64,000 nt of DNA from a virus (Duplodnaviria > Caudoviricetes): the IMG/VR virus record IMGVR_UViG_3300032373_000001. One strand, 5' to 3'. A program made the position numbers and the translations under genes. The notes beneath the pieces were generated by a model. That model was not told the origin of the DNA, made no database searches, and saw only the letters and a list, made by a program, of their open reading frames with translations. This document shows, piece by piece, positions 17,145 through 27,000 of this stretch; position 1 is the stretch's first letter; each line of letters begins with the position of its first letter.

Positions 17145-17677
17145 TTCTTCCTCCCCACGTCGCTGGCCTTCAAGGGCCTCCATTTACCCTGGTCCAAGAC
17201 CCAGTAGTTGCCCGTGCTGCGGTCGAGGAGCTTGTCTCCAGCCATGAAATCGCAGGGCAGGTAGCCTGCCTTGAGCGTGTTGTAGCGGCGGTTCAAGGAC
17301 AACTTGAACACGCCATTCGTCGAGGCGACCAGCTGGTTGACCATCAACACCAAGTCACCCGCCTTAACGCCATCGAGGCTGAGGTTGTTGCGGTTCGCCG
17401 GCTTGTCGATGACGCAACCCACGTGAGTACGCAGTCGTCGGACCCGCACCCCGCTCTCTACGTTGAGAGACTGGTCCACCACCTCAAGGTCGCCCTTCGC
17501 GATGAGCCGCTGGGCGGTTTCGGGCAGGATCAGCGAGAAGAACTCCTCGTCAAAGTAGACGAGGACGTCCCCGTTTTCCATGTAGACGATCCGCTGAGGC
17601 TGGATTTCCAGCTCAGGGCTACTCCTCGCCTTCTCCTTGAAGACGTCCCGCATACTTTCGACGGGTTTTCTCCCCAC
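17132..17677 (-). CDS. Hypothetical protein with motif seen in virion fibre proteins
   Basis: DGVKAGDLVLMVNQLVASTNGVF resembles the DGV..GDRVLVKNQ..NGIY module (recalled, not searched). Confidence 0.5.
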   Translation of the reverse strand: MGRKPVESMRDVFKEKARSSPELEIQPQRIVYMENGDVLVYFDEEFFSLILPETAQRLIAKGDLEVVDQSLNVESGVRVRRLRTHVGCVIDKPANRNNLSLDGVKAGDLVLMVNQLVASTNGVFKLSLNRRYNTLKAGYLPCDFMAGDKLLDRSTGNYWVLDQGKWRPLKASDVGRKKWDP

Positions 17678-18116
17678 GTACCGACCCCCGGAAATTCTTT
17701 TGAAGGCGAGTTACCCTGCCCTTCAAGGTGGAGATCTCCCTGCGGGCGTTCCGGAGGTCTGAGCGAGCCTCGGCCAAGTCGCTGACTGTTCGATTCAGGA
17801 CCCGGAGGACCTGGCTCAGGTCCTGCTCCATCCCCCCAACCCGTTCGTCGAGCTTCGGGGGTTCTGGGGGCTCGCTCCGGGGAGGTCCTGCCTGGGCTGG
17901 CCGTGGAGTGACTGTCCGAGAAGGGACGCGGCGCACCTTCTTGCGGGGAGGGCGGGTGGGCTGCACATGCACCTTGCGCTGACCGACCAGCACTGCGAGG
18001 CACTGGGAGCCGTCTTTCTGCTCTTGGGTGATGAGCGCAGGGGCGTCTCGCCGTACCTTCAGGTCGAGGTCTTCGACCGGGATGTACTCTTCGCTGAGGG
18101 TCAAGATCTTGTACAT
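17619..18116 (-). CDS. Hypothetical protein with Pro-rich linker and coiled coil
   Basis: GAGG SD; heptad region LSQVLRVLNRTVSDLAEARSDL. Confidence 0.6.
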   Translation of the reverse strand: MYKILTLSEEYIPVEDLDLKVRRDAPALITQEQKDGSQCLAVLVGQRKVHVQPTRPPRKKVRRVPSRTVTPRPAQAGPPRSEPPEPPKLDERVGGMEQDLSQVLRVLNRTVSDLAEARSDLRNARREISTLKGRVTRLQKNFRGSVRGEKTRRKYAGRLQGEGEE

Positions 18117-18125
18117 GACCTCGTT

Positions 18126-18479
18126 TTACCCTTCCTTGCGAAGAACCCCCCGGATACTGAACACTCGATTGTTGAGGGGGTCGTACACGTAGGCTGAGCC
18201 ACCCTCATAGGAGCAGGCGTTTTGGAGGTGCTCTTGTACGCTCCCAGGCCACACATCCACCAAGTTCCCGCAGTCCAGCGGAAACTTCCAGCCCCCGAAC
18301 TTGTTGGTCCTTGCCCCTGGGGGGATCAACAGCGCCACGGTGTTCCACCGCTCGAAGGGAACCAGCAGGTCCCAGTCGTCGGGGGTCTTGGTCGAGACCC
18401 CTGCGAAGACCCGTGCAGTGCTGCCCGCGATCAGCGCCCCCTCCCGGCACATGCGGTAGACCAGGCCAGGGAGCTTCAT
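18126..18479 (-). CDS. Minimal Pol-beta-superfamily nucleotidyltransferase
   Basis: ALIAGSTARVF...PDDWDLLVP (hG[GS]...DxD) and downstream VDVW third acidic residue. Confidence 0.65.
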   Translation of the reverse strand: MKLPGLVYRMCREGALIAGSTARVFAGVSTKTPDDWDLLVPFERWNTVALLIPPGARTNKFGGWKFPLDCGNLVDVWPGSVQEHLQNACSYEGGSAYVYDPLNNRVFSIRGVLRKEG

Positions 18480-18901
18480 TCCTCACCCTCGACGGGGAAG
18501 TGCGCCCTCATCTCCTGGTCGTAGCGTAGGAGCTGCATTTCCGCAGCATCCTGAGCGATCTGACCCAGCTCTCGGAAGAGAGAGCGCACTCGCAGGGCCT
18601 GCCCTGCGTTGAGGGCGACGGATTCCCGTGGGGAACCCTCACTCCTGTCCTTCGTGCTCTCGACGTAGAGGTAGCCGGGTTGCGGGGGGTCCATATGGAA
18701 CCGGACATGAAAGAAGAGGTCCCTGTAGGCCCAGCGGTGAGCATCAGGGTCGACGGGTTCCTTGGGGTCGCGACCCCAGACATACCTGCAAAAGGTCCCG
18801 GCCGTCTCTGCGAAGTGCCTCAGCTTGCCCAAGGACTGGGCCTGGGCAATGAACTCTTGCAGCTGTTGGTTGGTAGAGAACGCTTCCAAGAAGCTCTTCA
18901 T
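18476..18901 (-). CDS. Hypothetical protein
   Basis: GGAGG SD in hairpin 18905-18924. Confidence 0.7.
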   Translation of the reverse strand: MKSFLEAFSTNQQLQEFIAQAQSLGKLRHFAETAGTFCRYVWGRDPKEPVDPDAHRWAYRDLFFHVRFHMDPPQPGYLYVESTKDRSEGSPRESVALNAGQALRVRSLFRELGQIAQDAAEMQLLRYDQEMRAHFPVEGEE

Positions 18902-18904
18902 TCG

Positions 18905-18929
18905 ATCCTCCCTCTGGGGAGGATTTACC
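18905..18929 (-). promoter_or_regulatory. GGTAA element + SD-sequestering hairpin
   Basis: GGTAA|ATCCTCCC-CAGA-GGGAGGAT|CGA-ATG. Confidence 0.7.
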
Positions 18930-19510
18930 TATCGGAACAGGTCCAGCTCCCCCGCCAGCAAGCCTTGAAGCAGCTCAGGGATCAGGGCGGCCAGGGCCGC
19001 TTTCTGGCCTCGGCGCAGGCCTCGCTCAAGGAAGAGGTACTTCCGGAAGCCGGGGTGGATCCAGTACTTGCCTCCCGCCAATAGATCGGGCGTCGCCCTG
19101 ACGATGACCTCTCCGTCCTGGAGCACGATCCTCGCAGCCGGAACCTTCTTGCGGGTCAGCCACCTCATCTCAAAGGGCTCGGCGGGGCCTGGAGTCTTGC
19201 GCTCAGGGTCCAGAGGCGTGGTGGTGTGGTTGCGGGCAGTGGGCCAGTCTGACGTGATGATCAACGTGTTCCTACCCTGGACCCGGAACTTGAAGCTCTT
19301 GGCGAAGTCTGCTGTCTTGGGGATGGGTGCGGGCTGACCCCTCTTGCGGACGGCAGCAGCCTTCGCCGTGTCGGCGCGGATCTCTTCTTGGATCGCCTTA
19401 ATGATAATCGCCCCGGCACGCCGAAGCTGTGCCGGGGTCAGTATGATCTTCTTGCCGCTCAGGCTGCTGAGAGGGTCATCCCCTGTACTGAGCGTGACAT
19501 CATCGGGCAT
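18929..19510 (-). CDS. Putative virion morphogenesis/tail-completion protein
   Basis: Basic protein with WIHPG motif and IxxxIxEEI helix typical of such phage genes (recalled). Confidence 0.45.
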   Translation of the reverse strand: MPDDVTLSTGDDPLSSLSGKKIILTPAQLRRAGAIIIKAIQEEIRADTAKAAAVRKRGQPAPIPKTADFAKSFKFRVQGRNTLIITSDWPTARNHTTTPLDPERKTPGPAEPFEMRWLTRKKVPAARIVLQDGEVIVRATPDLLAGGKYWIHPGFRKYLFLERGLRRGQKAALAALIPELLQGLLAGELDLFR

Positions 19511-19555
19511 CAATCCCTCCACCCAGTCAGCGAGGGATTGATGCCCGACCGGATC

Positions 19556-19930
19556 TCAGAAGTGGTCCCAGATCTTGACGCAGAACTGCATGGAGCAGCT
19601 CTGGCCGGAGCCGGAGCAGTTGCCGCTGCAGCTCCCGTCCAAGCTCCCCGACAGGTCGTGGGAGATCGACACCTTGCAGCCGTTGTTGCTACAGTTGCCG
19701 CCCGTGCACATGCAGCTGTACATGGTACCACCGCCCGGCGCACCGTGCGCCACGCCCACCCACTGCATCCCAGGGCCGAGGACGACCGGCACATCGGTGG
19801 GGCCGTTGACGATGATGTCGGGGCTGCGCATGTTCGCGCCGTCGGGGGCCTCGATGACCTCCTTCTGGAGGGCGGTGTCGAACTCGTTCATCTCAGGGGC
19901 GCACGCCAGCGCCAAAGTCAGGAACAGCAC
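19556..19930 (-). CDS. Cys-rich lipoprotein with very short signal peptide
   Basis: MLFLTLALA-C lipobox; 8 Cys in C-terminal 50 aa; AAGGAG SD; AT-rich upstream region with GGGTAA. Confidence 0.7.
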   Translation of the reverse strand: MLFLTLALACAPEMNEFDTALQKEVIEAPDGANMRSPDIIVNGPTDVPVVLGPGMQWVGVAHGAPGGGTMYSCMCTGGNCSNNGCKVSISHDLSGSLDGSCSGNCSGSGQSCSMQFCVKIWDHF

Positions 19931-20103
19931 TCTTGTCTCCTTGGGTAGGTGCCTGAATGTCTCAGGACTGGGATTCTATTACCCTATTATTTTGCGTGGG
20001 CGGAAGGAGTTTCTTTGGCTTTGGGGGCGGGCAGTCGAATTTGTGCGAAGAGGGGGGCGTTGACTCCCGAATATACCTCAAGCGCTCGTACAACAGGTCC
20101 CTT

Positions 20104-20337
20104 TCATCCCACAGAGGGCTTTGAGGCATCGACTGCTTCCTGTAGCAAGCGCTGGAGGTCTTCATAGTTGGCGTTGGGTCCGTACATCCAGCGCCGCATA
20201 GCCTTGATCGCCTTCCAGCGCAATCCCTTCGGCATCAGCGGATACAAGACCTTGTGCCCCAGGGCGTAGTGGAGCCAGTGCTGAAAGCGACCCCAGCGGG
20301 TCTCCTCCAGCTCATCAAAGCGCTTGGCCCAGGTCAC
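20104..20337 (-). CDS. Hypothetical protein (start revised to GTG 20337)
   Basis: GTGA overlap with 20334..20510. Confidence 0.55.
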   Translation of the reverse strand: MTWAKRFDELEETRWGRFQHWLHYALGHKVLYPLMPKGLRWKAIKAMRRWMYGPNANYEDLQRLLQEAVDASKPSVG

Positions 20338-20510
20338 TTCAGGCCCTCCTGCTTCTTCTTGAGGAGGAGGTCTCGCTTCTTCACGGACTCTGGGCGGTAG
20401 TCCCACCCACCGCAGCGAGAGGGTTGAGTCATGGACTTCGCCATCCTCTCAAGGCCCCCTGGAGTCTCGAGGTACTTCGCTATGAGGTCGTGCTTTTTGT
20501 CTTGTCCCAT
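20334..20510 (-). CDS. 58-aa protein resembling the N-terminal arm of large-phage major capsid proteins (not in ORF track)
   Basis: MGQDKKHDLIAKYLETPGGLERMAKSMTQPSRCGGWDY...; resemblance recalled, not searched. Confidence 0.5.
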   Translation of the reverse strand: MGQDKKHDLIAKYLETPGGLERMAKSMTQPSRCGGWDYRPESVKKRDLLLKKKQEGLK

Positions 20511-20536
20511 AAGGGGCTATACTCGCAGTCGTCTGG

Positions 20537-20569
20537 AAGAAAAGACCACGCAGGGGGCTTCCCCCTACG
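20537..20569 (-). terminator. Probable terminator after neck-like gene
   Basis: CGTAGGGGG-AAG-CCCCCTGCG stem then GGTCTTTTCTT. Confidence 0.5.
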
Positions 20570-22706
20570 GCTTCTTTGTTCCCCCGCCGTAGGTGATATT
20601 ACCCCACACGGGGGTGCGACCCCGTTGCTCCCTGTTGTCGGGGATGCGGGCAACCTCAGTTGCCATCGGAGTGGCCTGATAGTCGTGACCTACCGGGTAC
20701 GGGGGCGAGTCCTCGCAGTCTGCATCCTCTGGCCGGGTGTATCGGGTCTCGGGCCAGGGCAGCTCTTCCAACTCGATGCGGTTCAGCGGCACCCCATAAC
20801 GGATGTCGTTGACGTCCAGGTGCGAGATGGTGAAGCTCTGTTGGAGCGTCCTACCTCGGTGTTGGGTAGGGGTCACAGGACCGATGCTGTACCGTTCCCC
20901 GTTCTGTTTAACGATGAAGTCGTACTGGGTCACCCGAGGACTCGGGCCGATCCAGACCTCATAGGAGTTCTCCAGCACCCGACCCATGACGGTCTGGGTC
21001 ACCTGCCGGGAGCTCTCTTGGGGACCCACGATCATATCGTAGGGGCCTTCGTAGCCGCCCCTCCAGCCCGTACCGTAGCACTGCAAGCAGCGGTTGAGGG
21101 GCTGCTTGGTGTACTCCTGAAGGCGAGCATCCCACACGCAGTCGCAGGGGACGCCGTTCATCCTCTTGATGTAGAGCTTGACTCGCTCTCCCCCCTGCTC
21201 CAGGATCCACCTGTTGCGGGCAATCATCTCCCGCTCTATGTAGGTGAACTGCTCCGACTCCATCGGAGAAACTGGCTCCGAGTACTCCAGCGGGGTCTCT
21301 ACGAGCCCGGAAGGACTCGTACCTGTCTGGTCGATGGCGACCGAGGTGATCCTGTAGAAGACCTTGTTGCGTCGGTCCAGGGTGTTCTCGAGCTTGGGTC
21401 CCTTCCTGTACCAGTAGCGGACCACCACCGTGGAGGTCTCAGTGGGAGTCGGCGGGTCTACCCAAGACTCAGTGCTCGGATCCCAGACGCGCTCCCGGCT
21501 CAGGTCAATCTCCCCCGCGGGGCCGAACACTGCCCGCACTGGTACTTGGGCCCCATCCACATAGACCTGAACATCATTGGGGGCATTGGCATGAACCGCA
21601 TTGAGGGTGGGGACGATGCCAGGATCCTTCACGATGGGTCGATAGCGGGTGCGGAGCCGATAGCCCTTGTTGTTGGGGGAGTTGCCTTGGAAGATCCAAC
21701 CCCCCTCCCAAGGGATGACCTCATTGGGGACCTCCGCCACGTCCGTGCGGTCCCTGTAGAAGAGGCCCTGGACCGGCACCCGGTTCACCCGGTAGTAAGG
21801 TCCCCGCTCCCCGGTGTCGCTACGGTAGATGTTGACGCCGACGATGTCCCAGACAGAGTTGTTCTTGCCGGGAGGGCACGGATAGCCCGCGCCGCCTTGG
21901 GTGGCGGGCTGACCCAGGACCAAGGCTGTAGAGTTGGTTGCCAGGGCGATGCCGTTGCCCAAGACGCCTTCTGGGACTGCCAGAAGGTTCACGCAGTTGA
22001 CGCTGCCCTCGGCTGTGACCAGCTTAGTGAAGGCGTTCAGCGGGTCATTGAGGGCAGCCGCGATGCTTGGCCCCGCATCGTTGATGTTGAAGTCGTTCCC
22101 GCCCGGAGTACGAGAGGTGCCCCCCGTCAGGACGAAGCCGCCGATGCTCAGGTAGGCTTGGTCGGTGCCCCCCGTCAGGGTGGTGTTGGAGGGAATGATG
22201 CTGGCCGAGGTCGAGGAGAGAGTGATGCTGCTCCCCGCCGCACCGGCAGCCGAGGCCGTGAGCTGAACCTGAGTGCCAGCCGCTACAGCTGTTGCGGTGC
22301 CCCACCCGGCCACTGAACCGTCATTGATCGCATCGGTGATGTTGGAAGCAACCACGGCAGGGTCCGCCGAACTGCCATCGAACTCATCAGCGAAGCCCGG
22401 AGGACCGTCCGTTGCGGTGAGGATGACCCCATCAACCTCCAGGGTCCCCCCCGCAGCGATAGGGGCGGAGATAACCGTGAAGGAGCCTGTTGCAGTTGCC
22501 TCGACTGTAGGAACGCCGTCGATGACCACCGAGGCATACGCAGGGCTCGGTGGCACCGTGTTGACGGTCGGGCCGGTGTCGAGCGTAGACGGATCATCCC
22601 AGCGCAGGTCCGACTCCGATGAGCGGAAAGCGCTCATCGCCATGAAGTTCTGCGGGGGCCACGGCCACTGCCCCGTCAGATCAGAACACCCTGCTTGCTG
22701 AGACAT
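20565..22706 (-). CDS. Virion neck/head-closure-like protein with Zn finger and inserted A/G/T-rich beta repeats
   Basis: C-terminal RNRWILEQGGERVKLYIKR..CDC...CLQCYGTGW.GGY...YDFIVKQNGERY; internal duplicated LTxT...xxxAAxND module. Confidence 0.65.
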   Translation of the reverse strand: MSQQAGCSDLTGQWPWPPQNFMAMSAFRSSESDLRWDDPSTLDTGPTVNTVPPSPAYASVVIDGVPTVEATATGSFTVISAPIAAGGTLEVDGVILTATDGPPGFADEFDGSSADPAVVASNITDAINDGSVAGWGTATAVAAGTQVQLTASAAGAAGSSITLSSTSASIIPSNTTLTGGTDQAYLSIGGFVLTGGTSRTPGGNDFNINDAGPSIAAALNDPLNAFTKLVTAEGSVNCVNLLAVPEGVLGNGIALATNSTALVLGQPATQGGAGYPCPPGKNNSVWDIVGVNIYRSDTGERGPYYRVNRVPVQGLFYRDRTDVAEVPNEVIPWEGGWIFQGNSPNNKGYRLRTRYRPIVKDPGIVPTLNAVHANAPNDVQVYVDGAQVPVRAVFGPAGEIDLSRERVWDPSTESWVDPPTPTETSTVVVRYWYRKGPKLENTLDRRNKVFYRITSVAIDQTGTSPSGLVETPLEYSEPVSPMESEQFTYIEREMIARNRWILEQGGERVKLYIKRMNGVPCDCVWDARLQEYTKQPLNRCLQCYGTGWRGGYEGPYDMIVGPQESSRQVTQTVMGRVLENSYEVWIGPSPRVTQYDFIVKQNGERYSIGPVTPTQHRGRTLQQSFTISHLDVNDIRYGVPLNRIELEELPWPETRYTRPEDADCEDSPPYPVGHDYQATPMATEVARIPDNREQRGRTPVWGNITYGGGTKKP

Positions 22707-22764
22707 CTATGCTCGCTCCCTACGGAGAGGGCAGGATAAAGCCCCTAACGGGTAACAGGCCCTC

Positions 22765-23007
22765 ATGAGAAACACCAAAGACTTCAGCAAGAACGAGCTC
22801 GCCTTCATAGACCAGAAGACTCGGCACTTCTGCGCCGAGTGGGCCGAGTACCAGATCCTCTACGGAGAAATCGATGCGCCCTTCAACCGTGCCCCGGAGC
22901 CCTATCGGGAGTGGGCTCTGACCAAGGGCTGGGTCAGCAAGAAGACGCCCCGGAAGCTGCTGGCCTCCGGGTTCAAGCGCGCTGAGATGGTGCTGAAGGG
23001 CAGCTGA
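22765..23007 (+). CDS. Small hypothetical protein (isolated plus-strand gene)
   Basis: Protein-like sequence, GGGTAA 9 nt upstream, stop abuts convergent gene. Confidence 0.65.
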   Translation: MRNTKDFSKNELAFIDQKTRHFCAEWAEYQILYGEIDAPFNRAPEPYREWALTKGWVSKKTPRKLLASGFKRAEMVLKGS

Positions 23008-23340
23008 TCAGCCCTCTCCAGGCTCCGTCGCATCTTCGAGCACCTTTCCGGGCTTCGCTGCCTGGGCAGCAATCTTTGCTACCCGAACGAAGCGGTCGAC
23101 ATAGGCGATGCCCAGGATGGCCCCGACCTCCAGGAACACCGTACATACGGTGAGGACGCACATCCACCACCACAGTCCGGTGCCCTCTGCTCCGGGGTGG
23201 CCCATCAAGACCCAGAGGCCAGCGCCCAGCAGGACCTTGGAGGTGATCTCCGAGAGCAAGAACGCCAAGAACTTCTTGCTCTCCAGCGGAGAGGGATCGC
23301 GGACTTCAACTTTGGCCGGCGCTTCTACGGGAGTGCTCAT
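23008..23340 (-). CDS. Holin-like membrane protein (start revised to ATG 23340)
   Basis: 110 aa, SKKFLAFLL followed by two hydrophobic helices and charged C-terminus, next to tail genes. Confidence 0.5.
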   Translation of the reverse strand: MSTPVEAPAKVEVRDPSPLESKKFLAFLLSEITSKVLLGAGLWVLMGHPGAEGTGLWWWMCVLTVCTVFLEVGAILGIAYVDRFVRVAKIAAQAAKPGKVLEDATEPGEG

Positions 23341-23371
23341 GCACTCCCGTAGGCATAAGCATTTCAGTGAG

Positions 23372-23998
23372 TCAGCGAAGGTAGCCGCTGAGGTAGTATT
23401 CCTTGGAGCCCATGACCGGCCCGCCGTTGTACCCCACCTCCCAGAACATCTCGGGGACCTCTTTCTCCAGGCGGGAAAGCATCTGCTCATCTTCCCAGGT
23501 CAGCTCGGAATCCCGCTTGCGGACCACGGCCCCTCGGTGCAGCCCCTCTTCGACTTCCCGTGCGCTTACCACGTCGCCGAGGATTGCCCCGACCGCCTCA
23601 GCCAGCTCTGCCGGAGTGCGGGAACCGCCGACCTGCTTGTCGAAGATCTTCTGGAGCTGGTAGCCCGAAGGGACCGAAGTGGTGCTGCGCGGGCGACCCT
23701 TGTGCTTCGAGCCGAAGTAATACTTCTTACCGTTGGCTTCGATCACCATGGAGTCGAGGAGGGTGCCGGAGCTCTGCTCGAACTCCAGGACCTTCACCTT
23801 CTTGGTGGGTATGATCTCAACCTCATCCCCGAACATCTTCTCGTAGGGGTAGAGACGCCCGTTGGGGCTGAGATAGATGATCGGGTCATTCCCTCGGGGG
23901 TAGAGGCGGAGCGCCCCCTTGAGGGTCCAAGTCTGGCCAGGGGCCAACTTGGTGTCCAGGTACATCGCCAAGACCCGAAGCGCTGAAATCCGTCGCAT
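23372..23998 (-). CDS. Hypothetical protein (start revised to ATG 23998)
   Basis: AGGAGG SD upstream of MRRISALRV. Confidence 0.6.
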   Translation of the reverse strand: MRRISALRVLAMYLDTKLAPGQTWTLKGALRLYPRGNDPIIYLSPNGRLYPYEKMFGDEVEIIPTKKVKVLEFEQSSGTLLDSMVIEANGKKYYFGSKHKGRPRSTTSVPSGYQLQKIFDKQVGGSRTPAELAEAVGAILGDVVSAREVEEGLHRGAVVRKRDSELTWEDEQMLSRLEKEVPEMFWEVGYNGGPVMGSKEYYLSGYLR

Positions 23999-24084
23999 TC
24001 TCGACCTCCTGCCCAGCTGCGCAGATAAACTACCGAGCGGGATACCAATACGGGCGACATTTACGGAAATCCACGCCTTCGGGC

Positions 24085-27000
24085 TCACTGATCCTCGTCG
24101 TAAGTGAAGAGGAACTCGCCTTCACTGACGTACTGAGCTGCGCCAGGGTCCACGTTTTTGGCTCCTCCAGCGGGGTCGGTCGTCACAACATATGTGACCG
24201 CATAGCTGAAGGAAGGGGGGGCCGAACCTACAGCGAGCGAGACCAGGACGCGGTTCGCCGTCAGCTCCTTCCGACGAGCATCGAGGGCTTCGGATGTGGT
24301 GTAGCCTTGAGCCTGGAGCGTGGCATCATCCGAGACCCCTTCGATGCTACGCCCGTCCAGCCCAAGGATGTATGCCCGGCTACTGGAGACCCCCAAAGAA
24401 CTCAGGGAAGCTGACGCCTCCAGCAAGGTCAGGGCCGCATCATCTTGGAACACCCCACGGAACTCCCCCTCCGGACCCCCTCCGTCCGTGGTGGCGAACT
24501 GGAGCCCCTTGTTCAGGAGGTACACCGAGCTCTGGTTGGTGCTCAGAGAGGTCACGAAGGTGCTCTCGGAGGCAGTGTCTGTTGAGACCGCTTCCCGGAT
24601 GAGGAGCGCTCCCTCTTCCGGGAGCACGACCGAAAGCGGGACCACCACATAGCTCACGCCTTCTGTGTTCTCGATCACCCGGATCAGGTCACTCTGACGC
24701 ACTGCCTCGCTCAGGCGGAGGTTGTTGAAGTAGTTGGTCAGGTTGGTGCGCAAAGCAGCATCGACCGTAGCGCGGTCCCGGCCTTGAACCAGGACCACTG
24801 TTGCCTGAACCCCCAACGGGACCGCAGGAGACTCTTTGGCCAAGACGTCCGCCGTGGCATGCTTCTTCGTGTCGATGGCATCTTGGGTCTGAGTGACGAT
24901 GAGGTTGGTGGTGTAGGTGACCGTGAAGTTCTCGTCGTGCTCGTAGGAGACCAAGACCGTATCGCCGCTGACGATGCTGCCACCCTCAACGCGAGTGATG
25001 CTCAGAGCAGTGGTCTGGGTGCCCAGCGTGATGGTGTAGTCCGGAGAGCCGGAAGGGTCATCAGGACCCTTGTAAGTAGTGACGCCATCTGCACTCTTGA
25101 CCACAACCGTCAGGAAGTTGGCCCCCAGATTGTCCACCGACTCCGGGTAGGTGCCCAACAGGACATGGGACTCGTCCGTGACCGGAATCGGGTCCCCCGA
25201 AGGCAGAGTGCTCCCATCCTCTCCGGTGAAGCTGGAGATCTGGATGTAGGCCTGAGCAAGAATACTGCGACCTTCCTGCAACGGGGCATCTGGCCGGATC
25301 AGAGAAAACGCCGTGGAAGGAATGTCTCCCGTCTGAACACCGACCACCGAAGTCACAGAGTTGACTGGCTGACGGGGAAGAACGAAGGTGTTCCCAGCCC
25401 TGCGCCGATAGCTGCCCAAGACGACATCAGTGACGGCCACGGAGGGCTGGGTGATGGAAGTGTCGAGCTGGATGGTGTTGAAGGAGGTGACTGTCACCCC
25501 GGTCAGGTCAAACACTTCTCCGGAAGAGGCATTGCGGAACTCATAGCCTGCATCGGGGTCGTCGAGCATCTCGATGATAGGGTTAGACTCGCTGAGTAGC
25601 GAGTCCACCGCCTGGAAGGTGAGATCTTCCGGGTCCCCGATGACCTCGAACTGGATGTCTTGGCCGATCTCAAAGGTGAACGCGAAGGTGTCGGTCACGG
25701 TTGCCAGGTTGGTCCCCTGGACCCAGACGTCAACCTTCCCCCCTCGGTGAACCCCCCCATCGTCCAGGTCTCGCTGCATGAGCGGATCGCCAGCGGCGAC
25801 CACTTCCGCTTGGGTCACTCCGGGTTGGTCTGCGGCGGTCTGCAAGTACCCTTGGGCAGTCCCAGAGTCCACGCTGGCGAGGGCGTTGCGCACTCGGACC
25901 GTCAGCTCCAGGTTGCTCTCCCGGTCCCTTCCCGGAGACGGGGCGGCAGCGTTGACGACGCTGAGTGATCCAGGGAGGTTGCTCACGACCGAATTGATCT
26001 GGCCTCGGCCAACATTGCCTGCCGTGCCCAGCGTCAAGCACTTCACCGGGACCGTGACCTCGTAGCGGCCCGTCACGGGGTCGAAGTAGCTGGCGAGGTT
26101 GGCGAACTCGATCGAAGAGGCGCGGGTGGTGCTGAACTGAACACCGCCGCCGCTCACGATGGTGCCCAGGGGGAGAGGCAGCGTCTGGGTCGGGCGACGG
26201 GTGGTGAAGAAGGTCACCTCACCCTGGCTGGCAGTCCCCGAAAGTCTCTTCTTGCCGTAGTTACTGGCGGCAGCTTCGAAGGCGGAGTCGATGAGGTCTT
26301 GAGCGGCCTGGGACGAGTTCAAGAACAGGGCAGCCTGGAGCGCTTGCTTATAGGGGCTCTGGGAGACTGGGAGGCTTTCGTTGGAGCCGCTCGGGTCATC
26401 GATCTGAATCAAGAGGTCAGGCGTCCGTGCTCGGTTGAAGAAGTCCTGAATGAACCGCAGACGCAAGTTGGCCTGGGCGAACGGGTCGATGACCGTATCC
26501 CGCAGGGCACTCCCCGCCTCCACCTTGACCTGGGGGTTGCTACGGAAGACCGCAGTGATCCACTCCTGGACGATCTCTTGGCGGTTGGCGACGGGGATGC
26601 TCTGGAGGGTGGAGGTCACCGAGACCGGCCGACCCACCACCTCTTCGCTGAAAGAACTCTCGTACTCGATGTTGAGGGTGGCATCGTAGTACAAGCCCGT
26701 CACTACATAGTAGAGCGGCACGCTGTCGTCCAAGACCGCGAAGCTGCCGACCCGAACCGTGGCCGGAGTAGAAGTCGGCCCGGCAGTCCGGCTGTGGTCG
26801 AAGGAGTACTGCGTGAAGCTCCTCACCGATACCAGCGTCGAGGTGATCTTCACGGTGCGGGCTGTCTCGGGGGCCTCATACCTTTGAGTGAAGTCCGACT
26901 GGAGGGTGGTGCCGCCCTCATCCTCTTGAGAGCCCGCCAGTCGGTAGTAGAGGGGATCCGCGAGGGGATTCCCCTCTCCGTCCACCGGGACCTCCGCACT

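Noticed and set aside
20424-22316. 630-aa plus-strand ORF (and similar ones: 4591..6153, 26299..27483, 30314..31345, 39583..41286, 42227..43369, 49047..50198, 59956..62430)
   Set aside because: Antisense shadows of well-supported minus-strand genes in GC-rich DNA; no recognisable motifs or start signals
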